Positions 30,162-43,666 of a stretch of 64,000 bases of DNA are shown piece by piece. The stretch is taken from positions 496,001 through 560,000 of the forward strand of contig BROI01000009.1 in assembly GCA_027923505.1 (NCBI GenBank), read 5' to 3'. The translations under genes were made by a program, and so were the position numbers. The stretch is from Mayamaea pseudoterrestris (Eukaryota). The notes beneath the pieces were generated by a model. The model ran no database searches, was not told where the DNA came from, and saw nothing but the letters and a program-made list of their open reading frames with translations. How positions within the stretch are numbered: position 1 is the stretch's first letter; each line of letters opens with the position of its first letter.

Positions 30162-32837
30162 TCACGACAAGCGCGAAAGTACAACGTCCACCGTCGATGA
30201 ACACTCTTCCGGAAAGTTTTTTGCGGCCGTCATGAGCAAAGGCTCCGTCTGTGACATTGGAAGCTCTGGTAGATAAGCGCTTGGAAAATCCGTCAACGAC
30301 TTTAGTGCCAAGCATCCATATGTTTGCACTCCCACCACAGTTGGATGCGCGGCAATCGCATTGATAATAGCTGTCACGCCGCTCACCGAAGCAACAACAG
30401 TCGCTCGATCCGCTCCGCCATAGCGAATAATTTCGGACAAAGCTGCGCATGCTTCCTCTTGGACACCAGCGTCGCTAACGTGAGCCTGCATGGCGCCCAC
30501 TAAAGCAGCAACTGCTCCAAGTGCAACGAACGAAATCTCATTTCGACCATCCGTCCTCGCCATGTGCCGAAGAGCGTTGCTCGCCTTTTCCTGGACGACC
30601 ACTTCGCTTGGGTGCGCCTTCATCGCATTCACCACACCAGCGACAGCCGAAAGGGCGATCCGCAAAACATCCTCACTCGCACGCGTATTCCGTATCGCCA
30701 AGTCGCCACTTTCATTCTGCAACTTCATCTCCGCCGCGGCCTTGGCAATGGCCGATTGAACAAGCCGTGAAATAGCCACGCAGCTCAACATTTGCACGCC
30801 AGCATCCTCCTCGTGTGCCCACATGCTTGCCACCACTTCCGTCGCATTTACGTTTACCTGCTGGACAAGCATAATTGCGTCATATGGCTGATCGCGGATC
30901 ATCCTCTTGCTGTGCAGAGGACTTGCTATGGCGGCAGCTGCTAGTTGGTCGAGCTTCTTTTCCTCAACACTTGATTCGTCCGACTTTATGCTCGTATCCT
31001 GCAGACTTTCCTCCTCGTCGTAGTCTTGATTCATGGGGGAGAGAGCGATCGAGTCTCCAATCAAGGCAAGACGTAAAGTTTCATGTTCTTTCAAATCAAT
31101 TTGCTGCAACGCTTCTGGGTACGCATCATAAAGAGACTTGATTCCGCCACCGATCCACTGCTTGCCCGAAACCACGGCGCATGTCAATGGGTAATTGCCT
31201 TCGGCGTCAGGGACACTTGCTGCTTCGGGAAACTTATAGAGCAGCTCGTCGACAACGTATTTTGTGTAAAAGGCTGGAACGTACTTGACGTCATCGGCAT
31301 CTTGAGTATCATCTTGCGATCGCCTCTTGCTGCTGCTAGCCTTGGCCTTTGGACCGTTCTTGTTCGTTTCCAGAGGCGGCGGTCTACTCTTTGCCGCGTA
31401 GTGCAATGGCAAGTTTCCGGCTGCGTCCTTGACAGTCAAGTCGTGCGCATTCGTCTCCACAATATATCGCAACAAGTCGGGCGGAGTTTGCAACTGGACA
31501 GCTCGGTGAACCAGTCGCCATGGCTCCTTGTGGGATGCGGTGTCGTTGGTAGCACCAATTTCATGAGGTAACTTTGGGCTCAACAGTAGCTCAATCAGTT
31601 TCCACGTATTTCCAGCCGCCGTCTTGTACGCCACTCGATGCTTTATTACATCCGGCCGTGAATTGTCGCCTTTGAAGAATTGTTCGGCCAAGTCAAATTG
31701 CCTCGTGAACCTTCTGTATAACAGTGCTAGTGGTTGATCACCATTGGAAGCGTTGCAGAGCGTGGTCGTTGCCATGTAAGTATTGGCATGATCATCATTG
31801 CAAGCGTCGCGAAGCAAGCCAACATAGTCAACTGCCAAGAGTGGCGGTGGAGGCGGCGCTGATACCAGTGCTTGTGAGTTTGTATTTTTGCCATGGCTGT
31901 GCACGACAATTGCATGCGAATCAAAATCGTCCGGGAGCAGTTGCAAAACTCTATATAGCGGACTGCAACGTTCCGTCTCGTCGTATGGCACATTGTGACG
32001 CTGCAAGTATTGGGTTGCTCCGTGCGGATCCGCCTGCAGTAGCATCTGCACTGCCGCCATGCGCAGGGCCCAATCGTGGATGTAATGGTTGCTAACGCTG
32101 GTATTGGCAATGTTGCTGCTTGCGTCCTTTTTATGATAAAGACTGCCGTATGGAATAATGGCATAGTGAAGCGGAAGGTTACCGTTCGTGTCCTGCAGCA
32201 GCATTGCCGCCGGATGGATGTGAAGTAGCTGCTGCATGATTTGAACCAGCGGATGCGCCATGGGATTAGTCGATTGCTGCTGCTGCTGCTGCTGCCTGGC
32301 CGTACGTTCGACCGCATTAATTTCATTCTTTTGCAAAGCAGTTTCGTTGAATGTCAAGCAGACCGCGTCAAGCAATTTGCAGACCAAATGTAGCGGCGTC
32401 TGTCCGGTGGAGCGCTCACGAAAGCTCGCCATGTATCTTGTAATGACCCATCTACGGTTGTTAGTATTGTTTGCGATAATAGTAGTCAGCATGCGGTGCA
32501 ACTCTTGCTGATACTGAGAGTGAGTCAATGTTGGCAGGGACGACAGCGACGCCGAGTTATTGACGAGTTGCGTCTGGGACTGAAGCGAGTATTGATAGAC
32601 TTGCGCGAGTGCCTTGTAGAGGGACGGATCAGAGTTAGTCGTCGTTTGTCTCTCCTTTGCTGCACTTTGCTGCTGCTGCTGCTGCTTTTTGTTATTGCTG
32701 CGAGGCGATGGTTGCTGCTGCTGCTGCTGCTTGTGGCTGGAGCGAATGGCAGGAGCAGCTGCAGCCGGAGGAGCCCTCGTTGGAGTCGTACTGCTTGGAG
32801 CCGTCTCGACGGCTGGCTTGCTAGCTTGACAGCCCAT
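30162..32837 (-). CDS. Ankyrin-like repeat plus armadillo repeat protein with a predicted N-myristoylation/palmitoylation motif, 891 aa
   Basis: MGCQASK N-terminus. Ankyrin-like motifs GQTPLHLVC, DTNGNLPLHYA and DAAGNLPLHYAA. ARM-like repeats AMKAHPSEVVVQEKASNAL and AMQAHVSDAGVQEEACAAL. Confidence 0.88.
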   Translation of the reverse strand: MGCQASKPAVETAPSSTTPTRAPPAAAAPAIRSSHKQQQQQQPSPRSNNKKQQQQQQSAAKERQTTTNSDPSLYKALAQVYQYSLQSQTQLVNNSASLSSLPTLTHSQYQQELHRMLTTIIANNTNNRRWVITRYMASFRERSTGQTPLHLVCKLLDAVCLTFNETALQKNEINAVERTARQQQQQQQSTNPMAHPLVQIMQQLLHIHPAAMLLQDTNGNLPLHYAIIPYGSLYHKKDASSNIANTSVSNHYIHDWALRMAAVQMLLQADPHGATQYLQRHNVPYDETERCSPLYRVLQLLPDDFDSHAIVVHSHGKNTNSQALVSAPPPPPLLAVDYVGLLRDACNDDHANTYMATTTLCNASNGDQPLALLYRRFTRQFDLAEQFFKGDNSRPDVIKHRVAYKTAAGNTWKLIELLLSPKLPHEIGATNDTASHKEPWRLVHRAVQLQTPPDLLRYIVETNAHDLTVKDAAGNLPLHYAAKSRPPPLETNKNGPKAKASSSKRRSQDDTQDADDVKYVPAFYTKYVVDELLYKFPEAASVPDAEGNYPLTCAVVSGKQWIGGGIKSLYDAYPEALQQIDLKEHETLRLALIGDSIALSPMNQDYDEEESLQDTSIKSDESSVEEKKLDQLAAAAIASPLHSKRMIRDQPYDAIMLVQQVNVNATEVVASMWAHEEDAGVQMLSCVAISRLVQSAIAKAAAEMKLQNESGDLAIRNTRASEDVLRIALSAVAGVVNAMKAHPSEVVVQEKASNALRHMARTDGRNEISFVALGAVAALVGAMQAHVSDAGVQEEACAALSEIIRYGGADRATVVASVSGVTAIINAIAAHPTVVGVQTYGCLALKSLTDFPSAYLPELPMSQTEPLLMTAAKNFPEECSSTVDVVLSRLS

Positions 32838-33337
32838 GATTCTACTTTAGACTCTGTGGACTTGTAGTGAGTGATCAATAGGCTTGTTTCAATTGAAGAC
32901 CATGAATGAATAATTCAACGACGGATGTTGACTGTGAATCAAAGGTGTCGTCGTCGTCGGATCGATCCAATGCCATGGTGCGTGCAGCGTTGGTTCGGCG
33001 TGCCAGTCGGAACGTTGAGCCATTGATTGATATTCAATTCTGAATATACAGCTATTTTAGATACTATTTGAATTACTATTGCCTCAAGCGTGAGACGAGT
33101 CAGCATGAGTCACGAGTTTCTTATAGTTAGGGATAGTTTCGCAAGATCGTCACCCACCGCTCGTCGAGGATGACCATGACGATGGCACGCGAGAAACGCC
33201 AGGATCAAGACGACGAGCCCGTTAACAAATCATCTACAGCGTGAGTCCATAAAGAAAACGAGCTTTTAATAAAAATTAAATAATTTCGTCACGGCAAAAA
33301 CAAACAAACGAACAAACGAACAAACAACAACGTCATC

Positions 33338-36300
33338 ATGTCGAACCTTTCGCGACCCAGTCTTCCCCGGCCGCCTTCAACGACGCCTGCCATTAAGCGC
33401 AGTATCAGTCCGCTACTGTCGTCGTCAAGCTTGATGAGTACGCCAGTGCATGCAACGAATACATCTACTACCACTTCAAGCAATTCGACTGCAGCAGCAG
33501 CGACTCGAACGATTGGAAGATTTCGATTGCCTCCGTCGAGAGCCGCAACTGCAGTTGGAATCACAACAGACACTGAATCTGCGACTGCATCGAATCTGGA
33601 AGCAACAATTGCTGCTGCTACCACTGCTGTTACTACAACGGGGACTGATGGTGAAACGACGCTGGAAATTACAGCACCAAGTGACAAGTTTAGAAAGGAT
33701 CATTGCTCACCATTCGCAGCAATGTCGATGGAGGATCAGTCGAACCTTGTTTTGGCGACGAAGAATGATGATTGTAACGAGACGACAATTAGCAATCAAC
33801 CGTTTAGAAAGCAGACCAGCGTCGAGCCGAATGATGCCACAGAACCTGACGACCATGATGCACAGGTGCAAGATTCTGCATGGAACGAGCTTGTTGATTC
33901 TGCGAGTGGAAACATATACTATTATAATGCCATGACGGGGGAAACGTCTTGGGAACGTCCAGTCGTGATAGAGGAGAAGCTGATTGCAAAGTTTTCCGAC
34001 GGTGAGGATCTCGTTGCCAGCAAAGCGATTGAGCAACAGCAAGCCGACTCGCTTCCTGCCGAAATTCATATTCAACCGGAAATGACAGCTCTCATGTCGA
34101 ATGACGATCGGCAGTCTGTTGTCAATGTGTCCACTGCTCCACTAAAATACATCAATGGTGCATCGGATTGGAGTGAAGCTGTTTACGAAGCTACTGGGCA
34201 AACCTACTACTACAACACGGTCACCCTGGAAACGTCTTGGGAGCGACCATCGTTACATAATAAGGCCATTGAAAAGGCAGCAGCAATGACTGGTTCTGTA
34301 GATCCGGATGTGTTTGTAGACTTAGACACACCGCCTGAGTTGACACTTCCCGAGCGAGAAGGAGAGTTGACTACGACAAATGCTTACGAAAATTATGAGC
34401 TGTCAAAGAGAGCCGACGAATATCAGCTGCCAAGGGGCTGGATGGTCGAGCTGGACGAAGCGACGGGCCGAACATATTACGTTCATCAAATGACAATGGA
34501 AACAACCTGGGATCGACCCTTGACCGTGCAATGCGTCCCAGAGGATGCGCTCATAAATGAAACGGCCAATGATAAACGGCCAGAGGAAGTCATTCAACAT
34601 CCGGCTCGTGGCACTATGTTGACGATGGAAGCAATGTGCGACACAGCACCACTTTCATTGTCAGCGACGGCAGACGAAGTCTCAATGTACGATAATGGCG
34701 TACCCGAGTCAGCTGGACACGAGCGCCCGTTAGCGGCATTCAAACACAACGCTGTTGAAGCAAGTAGTGTTTTAGACGAATGGACTGAATTATTGCATGG
34801 TTCGAATGGGGAATTGCACGTTTGCAATCAAGCAACTGGGGAAACAGTATGGGACCGTCGCGAGTCGGTGAGCAATGATACACAACAGTTGCTCGTGAAT
34901 GCAGACACTGGACCGGAAAATGTTCCCGAGACATTTGTAGACTCCGCAACGTATGAAACCGAAATTGAAAAATTGAATTTCGATGACGGTGAAGCCACCG
35001 GACCGTCCGAGGCAGAAGAAACGTGTGATTGGATCGAAGAATTGGAGGAGGCAAGTGGTCGGACGTATTATTATAACACAAAGACTGGCGAAACGACGTG
35101 GACACGAATAGGCGCCGACGTTTCGGCCTCCGAGGCTCCCATGGAGTATGTCGAAGATGCTGATATACGAAACGGAGCAGAATTCAACGCAGGGAATTCG
35201 AACGAAGGGTTGTTGAGCGAGGAATCGCAATCAGAAATGGTATCGTTGAAGCAGACACTTGTAGAAATTGCAAGTAACGACATGCCTTCGTTGGAGTGGG
35301 TGGCGCGTGTTGATGAATCGACAGGCAAACCATATTACTTGAATATTATGGCGCGAGCAACAGCTTGGGAACTACCCGAAATAACTGACGTTCCCGCTAC
35401 TTTTCCGGAGGGCGACAAAGGGGGTCTACCGGTAGATGCGATTGCGGAGCCGATTGCGTTAACTGTAAAGAACTCTACATATGGACAAAACCTTGACGAA
35501 TCAGGCGTCGACGAGCAATTAGGACAAGTTGGTGGCGGACTTTCAGACTGGGTCGAGGGTGTAGACGAATTAACAGGTCAGCCGTATATAGTTGACAAAA
35601 AAAGATCAGAGCATACGCTTGGATGCCATGATGCCTCCGAGAGAGGCGAAGGGATCGATGCGGGTTTGGTCAACCACGACGAAAGTGCTGTTGCAAGAAG
35701 CGATTATCCTTTGCCACAATCAATGTGGAGCGAAATGATCGAACCGTCGACTGGGTATAGCTTCTACGTCAACTCTGTAACTGGTGAAACTAAATGGGAA
35801 AGACCAGTTGAATTTGATTCGCGAAGAATGGCTGGCCCTTTGAAGTCATCCGCTGTTCAAAACACTCTGTTGTGTGCTTCACAGGCCGCGGCCCCAAACG
35901 ACCTAGCCAAAAGTATTGCGGACGATTCTTCCTTGGCTACTGATAATAATATTGACCTGGTGTCGAAACAAAACGAGTGCAACACCAAGGTGTCTGACGA
36001 TCAGAAAGACACACTCACCGAGAGTGAGCGAAGCATGGTGGAGTTAGAAAGAAACACGAAAGAGTCCGTACGACCATTGACTTTACCGGATGGCTGGGAA
36101 GAGTTAATTGATCATAACACAGGGAGCGTGTACTATTTTTGCGCGGAAAGAAGCATTACTTCGTGGGAGCGACCGATCAGTTATGCTGACGTCGATGAAT
36201 CAGATGCAATGGTCGATCAACCTGAAGTTACGGGATGCCAGGCCTGCATTCCATTTTCATGGGAGGAAGTGGCTGATGGCCAAGGATGCATTTATTATTT

Positions 36301-39179
36301 TAATGCCGAGACAAACGAAACGTCTTGGATGCTTCCTACAGACTCGATTGTAACAAATGAGGCCACTAGAGTAGGGATTGAAGATAACGATGAGGATCAT
36401 CCGCATGCCTCTGAGCCGCCGGTAGCGTTTCAGGACGCTAACGACGAATACAATATGGTGAATAATGAACGCGCTGACGAGTGGTCCGAGGCGGTCGATC
36501 CGATATCAGGAAAGATGTACTTTTTTAACGCCGTCACTGGTGAGACCTCCTGGGACCCACCTTGCCCAGATACTGGGTCACCTAATGGCAATGTTGCTGT
36601 TACCATAGAGTCTGAACAGACAGAGTCGCCTGTTATGAGCGTTGGAACGGCCGGCGATGCATCGCTAATCCAGCGACACAATCTGCCGAGGAGTTGGTCA
36701 GAACTCCGCGACGGAGAAGGCCGAGTTTATTACTTCAACGAAGAAACAAGCGAAACAACTTGGGAGTTCCCAAAGCTAGCGGACTGTGCAGCCGACAAGG
36801 TCCTGCCCAATGGTGCAAAGCCGATGGTTGATGAAAAGAGCCAAGATGGCTCTGCTCGCAATCATTCTCAAACACCAGTGAATTCAACTTCTCGCAGATT
36901 TGGGTCGATTGTTGCGAAATTTGGATTTGGTGGTCGACTACTTGTCTCAGCTCGCGGATCGCTCATGATTTACAAGACTTCAGAGGTCGTTCCAAGCGAC
37001 ATGATTCTTAAAATTGAATCTAGCAAACGCGCCAATAATGTCATAGGTTGTCTTGTTTCAGCTGATGCTTCGGATGTGGCTGCATACGTCAATTCTCAGT
37101 CTGAAACGGATCATGATATTTTATGGCGTCTCGTATCCATCGCAACAGAAACGAATGGCACATTAAGAGTCGACGACAAATCATTCAACCTCGAGCCGTT
37201 GCTTTTACACTATTTAAGAGCGAGCCTTGACCATGACGGACGCACTAACGTTTCTGCTCATGAGGTGCTGAACAAGATCAAGTTCGAAAGTGGAAATTTG
37301 CACAAGGTCCTAGAGCTTCTCATTAGCGGACATGCAGAAAAGGCTGCCGAGGAGGCATTTTTGGAAGGAAACCATGCAATTTCGCTCATAATTGCACACG
37401 GATGCGGCACACAAGTTTTTCAAAAAGCACTTGAAAAGTTTGGGACGAACGGTCTCCTGGAAGGATGTACATTACACATTTACACCATGATGCTTTCTCA
37501 GCAGATTAGTGACCCAGCAAAAGTCAATTGGGGCGACAATGTCGAGCTGTTATGCACGACATGGAAGCAAACCCTTGCTGTAATTCTCAGTAACCGAGTT
37601 AAAGGCTGGGATGTATTCGCGCTGTCACTTGCCGACCAATTGCACGCGGTGGGCAATGTTGCCGCAGCGCATTTTTGTTACTTGATATCAGGTGTGTCGC
37701 TCGCCTCACCAGCTCGCAAAGGTGGCAAAATGTCACTGATAGGCTGTGGATTAACGCATCCAATGGATTTGGCACTCGCGACGAAATCTTCAATTATGGC
37801 TTTTGCTCGTACTGAAGCTTACGAATGGGCGAGGCGACAAGGTAACTCCACTTACGTTTGCTCTTCTCTTCAACCTTTGAAGCTGGTTTACGCCGTGCTT
37901 TTGGCAGATTATGGGTTCGAAGAAGCTGCTTTAAGCTATGCCAGAAGCATCGTTGATTGTATTGGGGCTGCCGGCAATGATTTTGATGGCGCGACCAATA
38001 CGGTGCCGCTATGGTTATCTTGTCTTGGCGTCGACCGCAATCATACACTAGTTTCTCTCGCCGAGTTTATGCAGCGCCTCGAACGACGAGTCGCCCCTGC
38101 CAATGAGTCAATTACATCAGACAACAAGAAGGACGCAACGGGTTTTCCAGATCACACGCTTTACGCTGAACGAAGTGACAAGTGTCTTCCACCAGCGCCG
38201 TTACTGATGAAACCCAATGAGCGAGCAGAGCGAGCACCAGCGACGAGACAACAACGGCCGTCACTGTTGCAGACCCGAGATTTGCAGTCGATATCCCCAA
38301 CGCACAAAAGAGATGTGCCGGCAACACCTGAGTCTCATCAGTCGGTTGGGCAGATGCCACCGACCATGTTGCCTCTTAGGGAGACTATTAGCTCATTGAC
38401 GCGGGCGCAATCATCAAGTAAGACAGACACTTTGGAAGCAATCCTACCAAAGATGAAAGTGGCCGGTTCGGCGCCGGAGCTCCAATATCAGCAGACGCGC
38501 TCCAGTCAATTAGGCGATAGTATTGAGAAGAAACAAGCGTTGAATCCACCGTCAGCACCTCCAACACATCCTACAACCCCGACAGGCCAAATGGTGGCTC
38601 AACCTGCACAACAAGAAATAATCAAACCCATCAAAAGTGCACCATTGTCCGCACCGGCCCATTTAGAAGGAAGGAGTAAGTTTTGATGATATTCCGTCAA
38701 CTCGCTTGTTTACTTTCGTCGCACTCGGGACTATACTCATACGCTCTCAATTGTTTGTAAAAGGACGTAGCTATTTTAACTTTGGCATCAAGTCGAAGGT
38801 CACAAAATGGTTGAATCCTGATGCGCATGAGGCCGATTTAGGGGAGAAGATGGAAGCATACTACGACAACGAACGAAAGGTTTGGATATTCCCGGGCGAG
38901 AACCCCGACGACATTGCCAAGCCGATTGGTCCGCCTCCAACACCACAAATGTCCGTGCCTGATGATTTGAAACCAACTCCTCCATTTGCTGCACCGTCCA
39001 ACGATCCATTGGCAGCCATGATGGCTCCTCCACCTCGCGCTCTAGGCAATAAAGCTGCAAAATCACGGAACGCTTCTACCGGTATTACTCCTGGCCGTAT
39101 GCCTGGTATGATCATCCCAGGATCGGCAACTGGGGCACCGATGTTTGCTGTTTTCCAGCCTACTGCAGCTGCAACGTGA
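33338..39179 (+). CDS. SEC16: Sec16-like COPII scaffold with an N-terminal array of ~12 WW domains; 2 exons (33338-38675, 38764-39179), ~1917 aa
   Basis: Repeated W-x(7-9)-G-x2-YY-x-N-x4-ETSW-x2-P. Sec16 central-domain-like motifs FGFGGRL, WKQTLAVILSNR, AAAHFCYL, RTEAYEW and LKLVYAVLLADYG. C-terminal LGEKMEAYYDNERKVWIFPG. In-frame GTAAGT...AAAG intron. Confidence 0.8.
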
Positions 39180-40406
39180 CGAGTACTGGCCACGGACGAT
39201 ACTTCTAGATGGTAGCATAATGCTACGACACCTAGTCTTCGCAATTATACCACTCGATAGACTTTACTTTACTATAAGTGAAATTGTTGACGACGGATGC
39301 CAGCCAAACAAAACGATGAGCATCGCGCAAGCTATCAAACTTCGTTAGTAGTGGCTAAGTAACTCTCATTTAAGCACTCTGCGAATTCAATGCTTTGTGT
39401 CGAACAGTTGCAAGACAAAGCATGCGTGGACGAAATCAAGCCGTGTGTGTTTGTGGATGCATCGTCATAATCGCAGGCAAGCAGCTTTAGCGTCACAAAA
39501 TGCATTGACCACCTTTGATGGCGCAGTTTCGACGATGTAGTTGCGTCCCCATCACATTGTATGTTTGCAAAGTCTGGGTGAGACGAGAAACCGTGCGCAT
39601 AGCGGCGAAAGCACAGGCTTCGGTCGTGCAAGCATACTCATGGGTATACTCGCAATAGAGTTACATCAGACAAGCTCACTGGAGCGGCGCATACCGCCGG
39701 ATCAACTGACAATGTAGTATCGGTAGCGACTTCATCTCTGTATTTCTGTAAATCTTTCGCTGGGTCACAGGACCAATGTAGTAGTCATGATTGATGTTAC
39801 TTGTTACTTGTATTGCAGTCTGTAGAGTAAGCATTGGCGATGGAAAGTCGTGCGCGAAACGTTCAATATTGGCACGAAGTGCTACAGACGAGGAACATGT
39901 AGTCCATTGCTGAACAAATCGTCAATCCTTTCTTTATTAAAGCATGCAAGATATTCATTGCAACCATCAACAATGTCCGTTTCAAGTTGCTTGACTCGTC
40001 GTTTGTCCACATTGGCACGAGTCGCGATTAGAGCAATCGCATCCGTCGTCGTCGTGAGATAATGTTGGAGGAATCGTTGCATACAGCTATTGAGACGATC
40101 GAGATGAAATGACACCAATCGCCTGCATGGTCGAGACGTTGGCCATCGTCCATCGTCGTGGAATCAATCGGAAGGCCGACCCGGATTCGTGTCGCAGTAA
40201 GTTTCGGTGCGACAAGAATCTTTTCGACCGCGCATCACCATGAACTTCCTCCGGCAGCCGGCAAACTGAGAGCAGACAAGTACTCCTGTATAGCAGAATC
40301 CTTTCTTCGCGTCCAGACCAACCATTGTCGCAAGCCATAATCTCTATAACGAGTTTACCAGTCGTCAGTCATTGTATAACAGGAAAGCGACAGCAGCAGC
40401 AACAGC

Positions 40407-41621
40407 ATGAGAATCGTTTTGAGTAGCAGCAGCAGCTGCAAAAGCTTTCACTCCGCCCTTCGTAGACCTTCATCGCAACAACGATTGCTCTCTGCTTCGG
40501 CCAATGTTTGGATTAACAAAGATACGCGAGTCATTTGCCAAGGATTCACGGGAAAGCAGGTGCGTGATAGATTCGTCATAATAGAACAGGAAGAAGCGGC
40601 TGCTACTTTGACATTTTGTTTCACCCTTCTCGAGCATTCAATACTCTTCTTTCTTTCTCACTCCACTGCCCTTCTCACTGCTCCACTTCAGGGAACCTTC
40701 CACTGCACGCAAGCAATTGATTATGGCACCAACATGGTCGGCGGCGTGACGCCCAAGAAGGGAGGCTCTGAACACTTGGGACTGCCCGTCTTCAACACTG
40801 TCGCCGAAGCCAAGTCTGCCGTACAACCAGACGCCAGCGTCATTTACGTTCCTCCTCCGTTCGCGGCGCAAGCTATCTTGGATGCCGTTGAGTCGGAGAT
40901 TCCATTGGTCGTTTGCATTACCGAAGGAATTCCACAGCAAGACATGGCTCGCGTCAAGCATGCCCTTCGCTCACAGTCGGCGACGCGACTCATTGGCCCA
41001 AACTGTCCAGGTATGTAGTAGAACAACTCGCTCATGTTACAACGTCTTTGCGTTCGCCATTCTTATCTTCGTCATTTTACAGGTATCATCAAACCCGGCG
41101 AGTGCAAGATTGGAATCATGCCTGGATACATTCACACGCCTGGCAAGATCGGTGTAGTGAGTCGATCCGGAACTTTGACCTATGAAGCTGTTTGGCAAAC
41201 GACGGTTGCTGGTCTTGGTCAAAGTACCGTCGTTGGCATTGGCGGAGATCCATTCAACGGCACGAACTTTATCGACTGCCTGGAACGGTTTACTAACGAT
41301 CCAGAAACCAAGGGAATCATCATGATTGGCGAGATTGGAGGATCTGCCGAGGAGGAAGCAGCCGACTGGCTCAAGGAGTATGGCGACAAGAGCAAACCAG
41401 TCGTTTCGTTTATTGCAGGCATGACTGCTCCACCAGGCCGACGCATGGGGCACGCTGGTGCCATTATTGCTGGAGGCAAGGGAACGGCGCAGGCCAAATT
41501 TGACGCGCTGGAAGCGGTTGGCGTCCACGTTACACGAAGCCCAGCGCAGCTTGGAGCCACCATGATGGAAGCCATGGGTCTAGAGTATCCGCCTGGCGGA
41601 AAGGATCAAGTGGCGGCGTAG
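40407..41621 (+). CDS. SUCLG1: Succinyl-CoA synthetase alpha subunit, mitochondrial; 3 exons (40407-40559, 40692-41010, 41083-41621), 336 aa
   Basis: Motifs [37 protein letters not shown] and the phospho-His loop GRRMGHAGA. Ser/Arg-rich presequence; two GT-AG introns. Confidence 0.97.
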
Positions 41622-42061
41622 ATGGCGTTTGATAGTGGGTGAGCGTGAATTTTGAGCAGTAAGCCACAGCAGCGCGATGGTTAGTTGAGTTTGCGACGAT
41701 GCAAACTATTTAATCATAGCTCTATTCGATAGCATGTTTGTCGTAACAACAATTAGCATCTACATCTACATCTCTTACATCACAACAGCCCGCCTTCTTT
41801 GAGTGCAGAAAGGCTTTTCTTACGAACTAGTCTCAGCCAGCCGTGACATGCTAATGGCCATACATAAAGCCATGTACACGCTTTAATCTTCAATTACACA
41901 AGAATGATGCTAACATCTTTATTTAGACTGCACTACAAGTTGGTATACCTGGCTGGGGACTCAGTAGACTGCAATGTGACTGGTGAGAAGCATGTTTGAC
42001 ATTCAAATGCCCATACATCAAGCCACAGCCAGCGGATGCCATGACATTCAAAGGACTAAAT

Positions 42062-43199
42062 TTAATTGTGGACATCTTCATTCACCGAAGCCTGCTCACC
42101 AACCAGCTTGTCCAATTTGGCTTCGACACGCTGCATCCTCTGCGTAAGCCTGCGAATCTCTTCCTTCGATTCCCGTTCGATACGCTGCTCCTTCTGCGTA
42201 AGCCTGCGAATCTCTTCCTTCGATTCCCGTTCGATAAGCTGCTTTTTCTGCGTGAGCCTGCGAATCTCTTCCTCCGATTCCCGTTCGATACGCTGCTTTT
42301 TCTGCGTGAGCCTGCGAATCTCTTCCTCCGATTCCCATTCAGCAGTCATGAGCTTCTCTCGCATTCTATCTTCGAGAAAGTCCATACCTTGAGCGTGCTG
42401 CCTTACCTGCGTGTTCATCACCTCCAACATCAAGGTTATAATAGCTTAATGATCCATTCCCAGGGCCCTCAGCTCAATCACGCTTGTTTCCAAATCCTCG
42501 TATCGACTTGCTGGCATCCCATCAGTGATTTGCAACACGCCGCGCTGTCTCCAACTATCCTGCTGAAAGCAATCGCCCAAGCACTCAGGAGTGAAAGCAT
42601 CGTGCACAGGTACCGGTTAATCGGAATGCGAGTACGGTGAACGTCGCATAGGTGTGCAGAGAACAAGACGTCGGCTATAATCACTTCCAGATACACGTCT
42701 TGAGAGAGGATAACTAGTCACAAATTGAAGAGTGTCTTGAAGATGCTGTTTAATGAGACTAAGTTCGTCACGATCACGATTGTACGGGATCGAAGTTTGC
42801 GCGATGAAGAGTTGACACTCTGCCTGCAACTCGATGTCGCTGGTTTTCGGCGAGGACAAATGATTCATACTGCGGGCCAATTTTGATGTACTTGGTTCCG
42901 TTGCTGTCTCTTATCTGAATTGAATCGCCCAAATGTAAACCATCGTAGAATAGTGCGCAGAGGCTGCTCGAGACCTTGAGAATACATCTGCCATCATCCG
43001 TAAACAGATCTGAAAGATGCTCAAACTCTACAGAAGCAAGCTGCCAAATTTTCTTGTCATCTTTCAACTGATACACTGGAACCCCGAGAGACACGCGAAG
43101 GTCAAACTGGTGCTGCAAGTCTGAAGCGATGAGAGTCGTCTCCTCTGCCGGAACATCCGACAGAATTCGACGAATCGAGGCGTGCAGGACGTTAGCCAT
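42062..43199 (-). pseudogene. Disrupted orphan gene: globular N-terminus plus 18-aa coiled-coil repeats; one frameshift (~42880) and two in-frame TAA stops (42619-42617, 42448-42446)
   Basis: ORFs 42617-42880 and 42062-42433 are in the same frame, and the sequence between them is open apart from the two TAAs. ORF 42774-43199 overlaps in another frame. Confidence 0.65.
42124..42336. repeat. 54-bp tandem repeat, ~4 copies (EEIRRLTQKxQRIERESx on the minus strand)
   Basis: CTGCGTRAGCCTGCGAATCTCTTCC at 42140, 42194, 42248 and 42302. Confidence 0.95.
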
Positions 43200-43666
43200 A
43201 CTAAAGATATATATATCAAACCTTGTGAGCGAAAGTCTTGTAGAGCAAGCGATTTTGTTTTATATCAATTGGGATTGTAACTGGATCCGTTTTGTAACGA
43301 GGCATTTCGCAACAGCGTGTGGAACTCGTCGTCGCTTGCTCGAAGGCTGAGTACCACTAAGACGTAGAATGAGCTGCACCATGGCCCATGGCCGCCACGA
43401 CTTGATTGTATAATTGCCGAATAGCTCCTACTTTAATTGCCATTGATTGAAATCTGACTGATAACAAGCATAGTCATTACTACTAAAAAGAAAAACGATC
43501 AAGCAGAACTACATTGCAGCAGTCCTTGTTTTAATTGACTGAGAGCGGCTGAACAACGAGCGAACCGCGAACCGCGGACCTTTCCTTCTGGTGCGAGGCG
43601 AGCGAATACAGCAAGTAATTAATCACGACGACGCATTTGGATTATTCTGCTTTCGGTCGACGCATC

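Noticed and set aside
32270..32735. (CTG/CAG)n tracts here and at 11954, 15948 and 55613, and the (AAAC/GAAC)n tract at 33298
   Set aside because: Ordinary polyQ-coding or UTR/intron microsatellites.
42446..42619. TAA reassigned to Gln (alternative genetic code) to explain the in-frame stops
   Set aside because: Other well-supported genes in the window terminate at TAA (e.g. 60207-60209), and the long conserved ORFs contain no internal TAA.
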